The notes under the pieces are model-generated. The model was not told where the DNA came from, did no database searches, and saw only the letters and a list, made by a program, of their open reading frames with translations. Below, piece by piece: positions 25,902 through 38,535 of a stretch of DNA of 64,000 bases (its first letter is position 1; the number at the start of each line of letters is the position of its first letter). Source of the DNA: Chiloscyllium plagiosum. Its lineage: Eukaryota. Position numbers and translations under genes: made by a program. The stretch spans positions 1,223,212 to 1,287,211 of the forward strand of contig NC_057759.1 in NCBI RefSeq assembly GCF_004010195.1, written 5' to 3'.

Positions 25902-26377
25902 GTATGTTACCGCTATCAGAGTGAAGAACATCCTTTCCACAGTCACAGAGTGGATGGAGTCAGGATCACATTGAGCTCCATTCCTAGAGAGATGTGTTCA
26001 AAACAAGAGTCAAACACCACCGAGGAAACGGAAGTTTATATTTTTAAAACTATATTCTAAATGCATCCTACCCAGTTTCAATCAACTTGAATGAATTCTC
26101 ATCCAAAATATACACTGCATTAAAATCTGTACATCGAACAGTACAGGACAGAAATGGGTCCTCCAGCCCACCATGTTGTGTCGAACATGCCGCCAAAATG
26201 CAATTAATCTCTCCTGCCTGGCCTTGGTCCATGACCCTCCATTTTTTACATATTCATTTGCTTACCTAAAAGTCCTTTCTATACTCTTATTGTAACTTCC
26301 TCCATCTCCACCCCAGGCAGTGTGTTTCACTGCTACCACTCTCTTTGTTTAAAAATAAAACTGCCCCTTATATCTCA

Positions 26378-28525
26378 GAGTCATAGAGATATACAGCATG
26401 GAAACAGACCCTTTGCTCCAACCAGTTCATGCCGACCAGCTATCCCAATCCAATCTAGTCCCACCTGCCAGCACCCGGCCCATATCCCTCCAAACCCTTC
26501 CTAATCATATACCCATCCAAACACCTCTTAAATATTCCAATTGTACCAGCCTCCACCACTTCCTCTGGCAGCTCATTCCATACCCGTACCACCCTCTGTG
26601 TGAAAAAGGTGTCCCTTAGGTCTCTTTTAAATCTTTCCCTCTTAAGTATACTCATACTTCCTTTATACTCTAAGGATTCACTCAATCTATCCTGTCTATA
26701 CCTGACATATGGTTCCTTCTTTTTCTTAACCATACACTCAATTTCTTTCGTCATCCAGCATTCCCTATGCCTACCAGCCTTTCCTTTCACCCTGACAGAA
26801 ATGTACTCTCTCTGGATTCTTGTTATCTCAGTTCTGAAGGCTTCCCATTTTCCAGCCGGCCCTTTACCTGCGAACATCTGCCTCCAATCAGCTTTCGAAA
26901 GTTCTTACCCAATACCATCAAAATTGGTCTTTCTCCAATTTAGAACTTCAACTTTTAGATCTCGTCTATCCTTTTCCATCACTATTTTAAATTGAATAGA
27001 ATTATGGTCGCTAGCCCAAAGTGCTCCTCCACTGACACCTCAGTCAGCTGCCCTGCCTTATTTGCCAAGAGTAGGTCAAGTTTTGCACCTTCTCTAGTAG
27101 GTACATTCACATACTGAAACAGAAAATTGTCTTGTAAGCACTCAACAACTTGCTCTCCATCTAAACCCTTAACACTATGGCAGTCCCAGTCGATGTTTGA
27201 AAAGTTAAAATCCCCTACCATAACCACCCTATTATTCTTACAGATAGCTGAGATCTCCTTACATGTTTGTTTCTCAATTTCCCTCTGACTATTCGGGGGT
27301 CTATAATACAATCACAATAAACACCACTATAAACACTGGAGGAAACATCAAAAAAGTGCTTCGCAGGAGGCTCCCAAGCACTGATGATGTCGCCTAGCCA
27401 GGGGACGAAACGTTTGCAACAAAAACTTCCAGCTCGGCGAACAGAACCACAGCAACAATCACAATAAGGTGATTATCCCTTTCTTATTTCTCAGTTCCAC
27501 CCAAATAACTTCCCTGGATGTATTTTCAGGAATATCCTCCCTCAGCACCACTGTAATGCTATCCCTTATCATAAATGCCACTACCCCTCCTCTCTTGCCG
27601 ATCTTTCTATCCTTCCTGTAGCATTTGTATCCTGGAACATTAAGCTGCCAGTCCTGCCCATCCCTGAGCCATGTTTCAATAATTGCTATGATATCCCAGT
27701 CCCATGTTCCTAACCATGCTCTAATTTCATCTGCTTTCCCTGTTAGGCCCCTTGCTTTGAAGTAAATGCAGTTTAATTTATTAGTCCTAATTTGTCCCTG
27801 CTTGCCCTAAGTGTTTGACTCGCTTCTGTTCTCAACTGTACCAGTCTCAGACTTATCTCTTTCCTCACTACTTCCATGGTTCCCACCCCCCATTTTCTCC
27901 CCCCCCCCCGCCCATTTTACTAATTTAAATCCTCCCGAGCAGTTCTAGGAAATTTCCCTGCCAGTAAAGTAGTCCCCTTCCAATTTAGGTGTAATCCGAT
28001 CTTCTTGTACAGGTCACTTCTACCCCAAAAGAGATTCCAATTATCCAAAAATGTGAATCCTTCCCCATACACCAGCTCCTCAGCCATGCATTCATCTGCT
28101 CTATCCTCCTATTCCTGCCCTCACTAGCTTGTAGCACTGGGAGTAACCTCCTTTCTAAATTTCTGCCTAACTCTCTGTAATTTCCCTTCAGAATCTCAAC
28201 CTTTTCCCTTCCTATGTCGTTGGTTCCAATGTGGACAATGACCTCTTGCTGTCTCCTTTTCCCCTGTGAGAACATTCTGCACCCTCTCTGAGACATCCTT
28301 GATCCTGGCACCAGGGAACCAACACACCATTCTGCTTTATCGCTGCTGGCCACAGAAACGTCTGTCTGTACCTCGGACTACAGAATCCCCTCACACAATT
28401 GATCTCTGGAAGCCGATATACCCCTCGTTGCATTAGAGCCAGTCTCAGTATCAGAAACTTGGATTCTCAGGGGAACGTAGCATGAACAGCCATCACCCCC
28501 CTACACTTTCCAAAACATCATACCT
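26378..28525 (-). mobile_element. CR1 with ORF1 SGNH-esterase and APE endonuclease remnants, RT deleted internally (junction about 26640)
   Basis: VIVHIGTNDIG (ORF1); YYRPPNS...VMVGDFNFSNIDW (endonuclease); abrupt fusion SILKR|ERFKRDLR to 3' end. Confidence 0.9.
27321..27454 (+). mobile_element. 134-bp Penelope-type insertion with intact minimal hammerhead core (27378-27417)
   Basis: 13-bp direct repeat ACAATCACAATAA (27308-27320, 27455-27467); gca-CTGATGA-t-gtcgcct-agcc-aggggac-GAAAC-GTT-tgc. Confidence 0.88.
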
Positions 28526-29224
28526 GTCCAAAGGGAAATCAATGTGTACATGAAGAGGTACACATTCAGACAGATACCCAGAGGTTATTGGACACAGAGT
28601 GAGAAAGCTCTTATAAAGTGGTCTGGTTATAAACATGTGAACAATAAATTCAAAATACAGATGCAGAATATAACTTCCAATCAAAAACTATACCATTGAA
28701 TAAATGTTGTGGAAATTAACCAAATTGCTTTCTATTATCGAGACTGACAATGGTAGAAAGAGTCTCACTTTCATTTTCAAGATATAGAATTTCTCCAGTG
28801 CAGAGAGAGGTAATTTGGCCCATCCTCCTGCAACAACTCTCCAAAGCGGATCCCACGCAGATGTAGACCCCACCCTATCCCCATAACTCCATATTTACCA
28901 CAGTTAACCCACTAACACTGCACATCCTTGAAGACTACAGGACAATTTACAATGGCTAATCCAGCAACCCTGCACATCTTTGGACCATGCAAAGAAACTA
29001 GAAGACTCAGAGGAAACTCATGGAGACACGGGCGGAATGTGCAAACTGCACACAGATAATGAACCAAGGCTGGAATTGAATCTGTGACCCTAGCACCACT
29101 GTGTTACCATGCCGCCCTGACATGGATGGCAATAGATAAAATCTTATTCATGTTGAGCAACAGAGATTTGAAGTAAATAGAGCTCCTGCAGTTTCTGCAA
29201 GTGTCATGTTTAACAGAGACAAAT

Positions 29225-30235
29225 GTGTAAGTACACTCACTTATTCACAGAACACAAACTGACAGGTACAGATACTTTCAGGTACAAATGCACTCATCCA
29301 TACATATAGTTGAAGCTGTCAGGGATAGACTGATGGTTGCAGAAACTGTCAGGTACAGATTGAAATCTGCACTCAAACATTCACATTGCAGAAACTGACA
29401 GGTACATTTTGATAACACACCCACATTCCCAGAGCAGAATCTCACAGGTATATATTGATAACTATATTTTTACATTCACCTAGAACCTAATGAGGCAGAT
29501 TGATAACTAAAATCACATTGACATAGCAAAAGCTGACAGGTAGAGACTGGTAATGACATTCTCATATTCACATAGCAGAATCTGACAGGGGCAGACAGAT
29601 AATTGGACTGTCATCTTCACATCACAGAAACTGACAGGGAGAGATAGATAACTAGACAGTCATATTCAAATTACAGAAACTGATGGACAGATCAATAACT
29701 ACACTTCCATATTCACAGATCAGAAACTGACAGGTACAAATGGATAGTCAAAGATGAGGACTGCAAATGCTGGAGATTAGAGTCGGGAGTGTGGTGCTGG
29801 AAAAGCGCAGCAGGTCAGGAAGCATCCAAGGAGCTGGAGAATCGATTTTTTCTTTAAAAGCCCTTCATCAGTACAGATGGATAACTACACCAATACATTC
29901 ACATCGAAGAAACTGACAGGAAAAGAATGATAACTAAACTCATGTATTCCTGTCGCTGAAAGCAACAGGTACATTTCAATATGGACCCCCACATGTTCAC
30001 TTCGCAGAAGATGGCAGGTTGACATTGATAACTACATTCACATTTTAACAATGCAGAAACTGACAGAGACGATTGATTAAGCTATCCCATTTACAGACTA
30101 GAAACTGTCATATTCACACAGTAGAAACCAACAGGTATAGGGTGAAAACTTCACACAAGTATGCACATAGCAGAATCTCACTGGGAGAGGGTGATACCTG
30201 TACTCACATATTCAAATAGCTACAGATTGATACAT
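29225..30235 (+). repeat. Degenerate ~48-bp satellite
   Basis: Paralog of 21040-22140. Confidence 0.88.
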
Positions 30236-31576
30236 AGGCTCTTATTGTACGTATAAAATGGTTGGGTATATTCTCAGTGGAGTTTTGAAGAACAATGTAT
30301 CACCTTTAGAGCAAAAATAAAAGATCTGAAGGGAGTTGACAGAGTTGATGCTGAGAGTATGTCACTGCTCATGAGAGAATCCCGAGTAAGGGACACAGTT
30401 TTGAACAGGAAGCCTTCTGTCTAAGAAAGCAATGCAGAACATTGTCCCCTTATTCTGTTCCACAGAAAGCAGTTAGCGTTGAGTTATCAGCTTAATTTAT
30501 GCTAATGTAGCCATATATCTTTTTTTGATACATAAGGGAGTCTTTGGTTATGGGCACTAAACATCAAAATGAGATGAAGACCATAATTAAAGCCTTGGTG
30601 ATCTGTTCTCAGGACAGAGTACACACAGACAGATAGAAATGTCACAGAATTCTCATGCTTCTTATGGTCTTCTGCTTTGAGATATTTAAAGTGACACAAG
30701 ATTGAAATAAATTAATAACTACAGCATATACACTGTATCTGCAGCATCATTCACCATACATTTTATCTTTAACTTACTGGTATGTGTGTGCTCACAGATC
30801 ACATACTGATCGATTCAGTTATACGTTACCCTGATGTATCAGGAATGGAGTGAAAAAAAAATTAACCATCCATTTCATCAGAAACTTTGAGATGTTGAGA
30901 TATTTGCTCTCTGTCATACCAGTAATTGACAAACTGAGTAAATACAAGATTAGAAACAATAAACTGGCAGTCACAGAATAAAATACTGAGTCACTTGCAA
31001 TAAATCGTTAGGATATAGTACAACTATTCATTAGCTGGAAACTGGCATAAACAATGTAACATCCGCAGTGACATTGCAGATATTGTCAGTAACAATGTAC
31101 AAAGTATTATCCTTTATCAAAATGCTGCAGTTATAAATACAAACCCAACTTCAGTTTGCAGAAGCTGATATTCATAGGGTTTGGGAGTGGAAGGTAGTGA
31201 GTCCTACCTGAGTCTGTCCAAAGATGTACCTGGTACTTTCAAAATTGACACCAACAGAGTAAAGCAACAAGGTACACTTCAGAAGGTTTGAGTTACAGTC
31301 CAGTAACATACTGACATGTTAAGACTGTGAAATAGAGTTTACAAAAATACATCCCAGAAACAGATGGACACAGATTGGAGTCGACAGTGTGGCGCTGGAA
31401 AAGCACAGCAGGTCAGGCAGCATCCGAGGAGCAAGATAATCGATGTTTCAAGCATAAGCCCTTCATCTCGACGTTTTGGGCATAAGCCTCTGATCCCCAG
31501 TATTTGCATTTCTCACTTTCTCCTGGGGGCACAAATTGGAGGAATATTTCTAAGTGGCTGGCAAATAGTGTAACGT

Positions 31577-32110
31577 TTTGGTCCCCACACCTCAGGAAGG
31601 ACATACTGGCACTGGAACGTGTCCAGCGGAGATTCACACGGATGATTCCTGGAATGGTTGGTCTAACATACGAGGAATGGCTCAGGATCCTGGGATTGCA
31701 CTCATTGGAGTTTCGAAGATTGAGGGGAGACTTAATAGAAACTTACAAGATAATACATGGCTTGGAAAGGGTGGACGCTAGGAAATTGTTTCCATTAGGC
31801 GAGGAGACTTGGACCCGTGGACACAGCGTTAGAATTAGAGGGGGTCAATTCAGAACAGAAATGCGGAGACATTTCTTCAGCCAGAGAGTGGTGGGCCTGT
31901 GGAATTCATTGCCACAGAGTGCAGTGGAGGCCAGGACGCTAAATGTCTTCAAGGCAGAGATTGATAGGTTCTTGATGTCACAAGGAATTAAGGGCTACGG
32001 GGAGAATGCTGGTAAGTGGAGTTGAAATGCCCATCAGCCATGATTGAATGGCGGAGTGGACTCGATGGGCCGAATGGCCTTACTTCCACTCCTATGTCTT
32101 ATGGTCTTAT
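31577..32110 (+). mobile_element. Young 5'-truncated CR1, absent from block A
   Basis: Uninterrupted FWSPHLRKDILALERVQRRFTRMIPG...GYGENAGKWS; (TCTTATG) tail. Confidence 0.93.
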
Positions 32111-33314
32111 CGCTCACATCAGTGTTTGATGGTTACAGAATAAAACCGGTCTTGAAATAACATTGACTATTAGATGGAGGACCAAAGCCTCAGTGGACAG
32201 ATATTGAGTTAATGCAAAATGTGTAAATTAGGACATGACAGATATAAAGTTAAAGTGACGCATATATATATATATAGCATGCTAACAGTTGCTGGTTAAC
32301 AGGCATTCGCGTAAGACTGAGAAATGTTATAAATCCTTGCATGAAACTGCAAAACGCCTAATTGAAAAGTGCAGCAATGTGGTTCAGTTACACTGCACGT
32401 ACTTTCAAAGCACACAGTTATCGATACGTCTCTGGGCCCACAGTTATCAGTCAAGGTCTCAGAAATATATTCATCCCACAGTCAAGACGTGACTCAACTC
32501 GTGATTCAAGAAAACTTTTTTCTTATCATTTCTCTTCAACTTCGTGCAATTGAGAACGAGTTGCATCAACCCCAAGTGTAGAAAACATTCACAGTCAGGT
32601 TCCAGTGGTTTGTGTAACTTGAAACAATTGTAATCGCAGTTTCGAATGGATGAGAGCTTTTTTTTTCTACATAGTGACAAGTTTTGTGTTAATTCCAGCC
32701 TATACAGGGGAACAGAAACAGACATGCGGAGCGAGAAACACATAATCACAACAATGAGCAAAAGGAAACTGAGGCCGAAACATCATTTTATTGCTCCTCG
32801 GATGCTGTCTGAACTGCTGTGCTTTTCCAGCACCACTAATCCAGAAATGTTCTTAATTGCTTTAGAGCATCCTGTTATCACTTGGTGAGAACAAATGTTT
32901 TTTATCTTCTGCACATCCTAGGTTCCCCCTTTTGTGGCTTGATGCCTCCCTGCCTGCCTTGTTTATTTTCTTGAGTTCTATAATTCAACATTACATTTAG
33001 TCTAAGTATTTAAGGACAAGTTTTAAGGCTTTCTCATTATACACACGCCCTTTAAATGTTATAATTGTACCAGGCTCCACCACTTCTCCATGTGCCTTAT
33101 GATTTTATAAATTTCTATAAGGTCACTCTCCAGGGAAAACAGTTCCAGCCTGTTCAGCCTCTGCCTGCAGCTCAAATTCTCCAACCGGGATGAAGCACAT
33201 TTACACGGAGTTTATGTGTGACTGAGAAGGACATCATTAATCCTTTACTGAATATTTAATTGTCATCTCGATATGTGACAACTAATGTGAATTTCAAACG
33301 GACAATCTATACAG

Positions 33315-35885
33315 GTAGCTCATGTGCTAATCTCGCAACATGTCCTTTCTATAACCCACAGGCAATACAACTCGATAAACTTCTGCCCATTTCTCATCTG
33401 CCTGAGTGTGATGTTTTCCATTTCCTCATTAAGACATCATTTTTAAGATAATAACAATTAGGGATACATTTGGATTCATTTGTGTATGCCTTTTGATACA
33501 ATTGCTTTAAATTTTCATCTTTTTGCTGTAACTCAGTTAATTTACCTGAGCTACAGATGTCTGCTTTGTCATCTCTGTTCCTGGTTTGTCTCAACTATCT
33601 GATCAAACAGGGTCTCTGCTAATTTCCCTTCAACTTCCTTATCTGTACTCTTTGATCTTTCCTGTTTCAACTGGTGACTTTGTGACCTCGTTACCACACA
33701 GTCAGGAAACATCCCAGGATGTGTGTCCTGCAATAGTTCAGTTGCCTGAATTTCCATTGGCTCTTCAACCACAATCGGCACTCCCACCAGTGAATCAACA
33801 ACATCATTAGCAAGGACAAATTGTATTCCTGGAGCTGAAAGTTTGTCCAGTACTCCTACCATGACTTCTCCCCTCTTCACGAGACACTGTAACCTCACTT
33901 CTTACAATTGAGCATTTCTTATTTCAATGAGAATTCCTGTCACTCATGCCTTTTCTGGCAATAGTCCTTTAGAGGTACATATATCCTCATCTTTTAGCAT
34001 CACAGATTGAGAGGATCCTTATATCTCTGAATATTGTTCCCTCTTTACCTGCTGCTCCTGGCCTATGTGAGTAAACTTTACCTTCACGGTGTATGGTTTA
34101 AGAAGATCTGGCACTTCCTCCATAAACAACCTCCAACCAGCTTGTACATTCTGGTGCACCTTTCTAGTCTCCACAGTGCTCTCTGTTACCACTCCAACAA
34201 AATTCACTGGCTTATCCTGTTTTCCTACATCTGGTTTCTCAGTGCTTTTCCTAACCAGCTAATACTGATTCCATGGCCTACTTTATTAAAAACACCACAG
34301 CTTTTTCACATGTCTTTCCCCTTCAAGGGTTTCCTTTTTACCCTGTGGTAAATTATCCTTGTGATCTTCACAGAGATCTAATTTTTACTTTCCATGTGAG
34401 AATTTCTCTTATCCACAATTATTATCCCTCGTGGATTGATATTGATTTTGGCAGCCCAATTTTGATTGATTGATCAACTCAATCATCAGCCATTTCTGAT
34501 GTCAGTCTTACTGTTTTAACTCTCTGCTCTTACATGTGAGTTCTCATTACTTCAGGAAGTGAATTTTTGAATTCCTGTCGAAGCGTCAATTACCAAAGTT
34601 CAAACTCCCTCTTTATTCCTTTCCTCTCTCTCCTTTTCTCTCTTCTCCCTCTCTTCTACTTTTAATCATAATTCAAACTGTTTCGATTCTGTTGCCCTTT
34701 CCTTGACTTCTGCCTCTAACTCGAGTTGTTTCATTATCAATTAAATGTTAGCCATCCCTAAAGATTCTGATGGCATTTCCAGCAAATTTAAATGGTGAGC
34801 TATGACTGTAATTATCCCCCTTTTCCTCATGGAAGGAGGCAGTTGAGCTCCAGCTTGTCTGTTAATTCCAGCAGCTTGGTATTAATCACTTTCTGCAAAA
34901 ATCTGAAGCCACTTCTTCCACCCCAGAAAACTCTTGATGACTCAAAGAGCCATTGCTATCCCAAACACTGTTTCCTGATGAAGGGCTGATGCCCAAAACA
35001 TGATTCTCCTACTCCCCAGATGCTGCCTGATCTGCTTGGTTTTCCAGTAACACACACTCATCACTGATCTCCAGCATCTGTAGTCCTCACTTTCTCCAAG
35101 CGCTGTTTAAACCAATCGAATTCCAACACCCGGAACAAAAGATGCTAAGACTTACCACTTGCTGCCTTCGAATCCAACAAATCAAATCCCAAATCAGAAC
35201 TACAAAATAAATTCTGCAAACAGCCCCCAATCTGTTATGGAAAAGGCCAGATCCCCTCCAAACATTTCAAGAAAGTAACCCAGACCCTAACTTTGCTAAT
35301 TGTTTTAAACGGATGTAACAAAGATATTCCAGGAGGGGTGCAGCTGGTCAAACCAGTAGTTTTAAACAAAACAGTTTGATTTACACATTTACAGAATGAT
35401 ACACAAACAAAAGAGAGCAGAATACTAAATAACTTAAAAATCTGAAAACTCAACAGATTATACCAACTTTATGATGGTGTTCCCAACATTTACAACAATC
35501 CCCATAAATACCCCTTGGCACAAAAGGTAAAGTCAAACGCAGGGTCTTACAGGAGAGATGTCAGAGAGAGAGTACCATCATGGACCTGCTTCTTTGGGTT
35601 CAGCAACCTTTTCAACTGCCTGACTGCTTTCAGTCAATAGCCAGACAGCCAAAAACCAAATCAAGCTAGAGAAAAGCTGAACTGGGAAAACTGGGCCACT
35701 CCCCTCTCATTGTACAAGTTCTTCTCAAAAATGTGGAAGCCTTTTGACTGAGGCATTACCTGTTAGCTATAATCAAAATGGCCCTAAAACCCATCCACTC
35801 CGACTTTTCGGTACTTGTGTCTTTTACAAGCTTGTTAAAGGAGCAGCAGCAGCATCAGCATCAGCATCACAGCAGACTGCTCCAA
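33315..35885 (-). mobile_element. Gmr1-like Gypsy LTR retrotransposon remnant (LTR, PBS, gag/SCAN-like, protease, integrase start)
   Basis: LTR ends ...TAACA at 35233, then TGGGGGCT (tRNA-Pro-like PBS); EFKNSLPEVMRTH...EMADD near 34480-34575; protease-like RD.GSSQS near 34000-34030; YYLKNDVLMRKW. Confidence 0.85.
34972..35098 (+). mobile_element. Penelope terminal repeat nested in the Gypsy element
   Basis: CTGATGA-a-gggc-tgat-gccc-aAAAC (degenerate core) plus family tail. Confidence 0.8.
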
Positions 35886-35889
35886 GAAG

Positions 35890-36608
35890 ATGATACGAAA
35901 GTCGGAGGAGTTGTTGACAGTGAGGAAGCATGTGGCAGGTTACAGCAGGATATAGAGAAGCTGCAGAGCTGGGCAGAAAGGTGGCAGATGGAATTCAATG
36001 TAGCTAAGTGCGAGGTGATTCACTTTGGGAAGAATAACAAAAAGATGGGGTACTGGGCTAATGGTCGGATACTTGGTAGTGTGGATGAGCAGAGGGATCT
36101 TGGTGTCCATGTACACAGATCTCTGAAAGTTGCCACCCAGGTAAATAGTGCGGTGAGGAAGGCATATGGCGTACTGGCTTTTATTGGTAGAGGAATTGAG
36201 TTCCGGAGTCCTGAGGTCATGATGCAGTTGTATAAGACTCTGGTACGACCGCATCTGGAATATTGTGTGCAGTTTTGGTCGCCATACTATAGGAAGGATG
36301 TGGAGGCATTGGAACGGGTGCAGAGGAGGTTTACCAGGATGTTGCCTGGTATGGAAGAAAAATCGTATGAGGAAAGACTGAGGCACTTGGGGCTGTTTTC
36401 ACTAGAGAAAAGAAGGTTTACGGGTGACTTGATTGAGGTGTACAAGATGATTAGCGGGTTAGATAGGGTTGACAGTGTGAACCTTTTCCCCCCGTATGGA
36501 GTCGGGTATTGGTTAGTGTAGTTTAGGTGGGCTTGGATCGGCGCAACATCGAGGGCCCTAGGGCCTGTACTGCGCTGTATTCTTCTATGTTCTATGTTCT
36601 ATGTTCTA
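35890..36608 (+). mobile_element. Young CR1 3' part
   Basis: Open DDTKVGG...LYKTLVRPHLEYCVQFWSP; (TTCTATG)n tail. Confidence 0.93.
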
Positions 36609-36614
36609 AGTAAT

Positions 36615-38010
36615 ATCCCAAGGGATACAGGGTCATGTGTTGAATTGGATCCAAAGTTGGCTCAGTCACAGGAAAGAAAGGATAATGGTCAATGGTGGCC
36701 CTTGTGAACGGAAAGCTGTTACAAGTGGTGCTCTGCATAGCTCAGTGTTGGGCCCTCTGCTGTTTGTTTTATCCATTAATGATTTGGAGTTGCGTATGTT
36801 GGGCAAATTTGTGAAATTTGCAGATGACACAAAAATTGGCCATGTCGTGGACAGTGTGGAGGATAGCTGTAAGCTCCAAAACTATACAGATGTTTTGGTG
36901 GAGTGGGCAGGATGGAGTTCAGCTCTGATAAGTGTCAGGGAATGCATTTTGGGAAGTCAGACGGTAGGTGGGAATCGACAATAAATTGGAATATACTGAG
37001 GGGGACAGGTGAAGTGAGAGATCTTAGTGTGCAAATGCTCAGGTCCCTAAAGATAGAAGGGGCTGTAAAGAAGGCACATGGAATGCTCTCCTTTATTGGC
37101 AGAGGGTTGAATACAAAAATAAGAAAATAACAATGAAACTGTGTGAGGCACTGGTGGCTACAACAGGAATATTGTGTGCAGTCGGATCACCACATTACAG
37201 GAAGGATGTCATTGTGTGGAGAGTGCAGAGGAGATTTACGAGAATGTTGCCGGGGCTGGTGAATTGTAGCTATCAGGAGAGATTGGAGAGATTAGGGTTG
37301 TATTCCTTGGAACAGTGGTGCCATGATTAAGGAATACAGGGCGACATTCATATCCGTGGGTCCAGTTATCGTGGTTTCACTTAACCGTGGTTTACAATGG
37401 TCAGAGTATATAAAAGGGAATGTTTCAGAACCAGGGGAACAGGAGACTGCCGTGAAGGTGTATTTCCCATTTAAATTAATGGTTTTGCACCTATTTGCAG
37501 TTTTGTGTTTCTGCTGTAGGTCCTGGAAGATATACCCCATGGGTACTGGGGTCTACAGTACTAAATAGTCAGCTACCTGATGAAGAAGCAGCAGTCTGAA
37601 ATTGTGCACTTCCATATAAACCTGTTGAACTATAACCTGGTGTTGTGTGATTTTTAACTAACTAGTGAGAGGGAGACATTAGACAGGAGGAACCTGTTTC
37701 CTTTAGCAGAGAGTTCAAAAACCAGGGATCACAGATTCAAATTAAGTGGCTGTAGGATTGAATTTATGAGGAAAAATGTTTTTTTTATGCAGAGAGTGGT
37801 GGGTATCTGGAATTCGCTGCCTGATTTAGTGGTGCAGGCAGGGACCTTACATATTTTTAGACAAAAATTCCCTGGAACTGCACCTCAAGTGTTGTAAACT
37901 GCAAGTTTACAGGCTCTGGCAGGAAGGTGGGATGAGAAAGGGCATGTAGGCATGGACAAGATGGGCTGAATGCCGCACCCCCCCCCACCTGTATTATTTT
38001 TATGATTCTC
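36615..38010 (+). mobile_element. Older CR1 with nested MITE and Penelope fragment (about 37570-37660)
   Basis: SVLGPLLFVLSINDL...KFADDTKIG. Confidence 0.87.
37337..37558. mobile_element. Tigger/pogo-like MITE
   Basis: TA on both flanks; imperfect inverted ends (CAGGGCGAC..TATCCGTGGG / CCCATGGGTAC..GTCTACAG); absent from paralog at 24925. Confidence 0.65.
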
Positions 38011-38416
38011 CAGTTATCAATGAGACCAGACCAGTCAATGCTGTGTGAATATGTAAATAGATTTACCATATACCAAAAGTTACAGTTTGATAACTACACC
38101 CACACATTCACCAAGCAGGAACAGACAGGTATAGATCAATAAGTAAACTCACATACTAACTTGCATCAGGTGGCCCCATTCATGGAGCTGTATGGGTGTT
38201 GTTTAGTTTCGGAATCTCACTCATCTGGTATTAGAATTTTAAGAACAAATGGACAAGGAGCAGCTCAGAGCAGGAGTGGAATCAGACCCGTGGTTCTGTT
38301 TAAATTGCTGGTTTTAAACAAAAAAATCCTCGTGGTGATTAACTAAATGTTACATTGATGTTGCCAGTCACAACTGATGTTGATTTACAGGAGGTATCTC
38401 TTCTGTCTTCCTCCAG

Positions 38417-38498
38417 GCAAGTACTCAAAGGACCAAGACAATGTAATATTCCCTCGGTACAGAGCCAAATGTGAACAGCTGCTTCGAACAAACAGCAG
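38417..38498 (+). other. Repeated 82-nt internal exon, copy 6 (type b)
   Basis: Same splice sites; phase-1 frame open (GKYSKDQDNVIFPRYRAKCEQLLRTNSR). Confidence 0.7.
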
Positions 38499-38535
38499 GT
38501 ATGTTACTGCTGTCAGAGCGAAGAACATCCTTTCA

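Larger units (their letters stand above)
28527..32698 (+). repeat. Segmental duplication block A'
   Basis: Collinear with 20350-23293, with extra sequence at about 30290-31155 and a CR1 at 31577. Confidence 0.93.

Noticed and set aside
35778..36521. 247-aa ORF with QQQHQHQHH N-terminus
   Set aside because: Chance fusion of antisense LTR microsatellite to CR1 RT C-terminus
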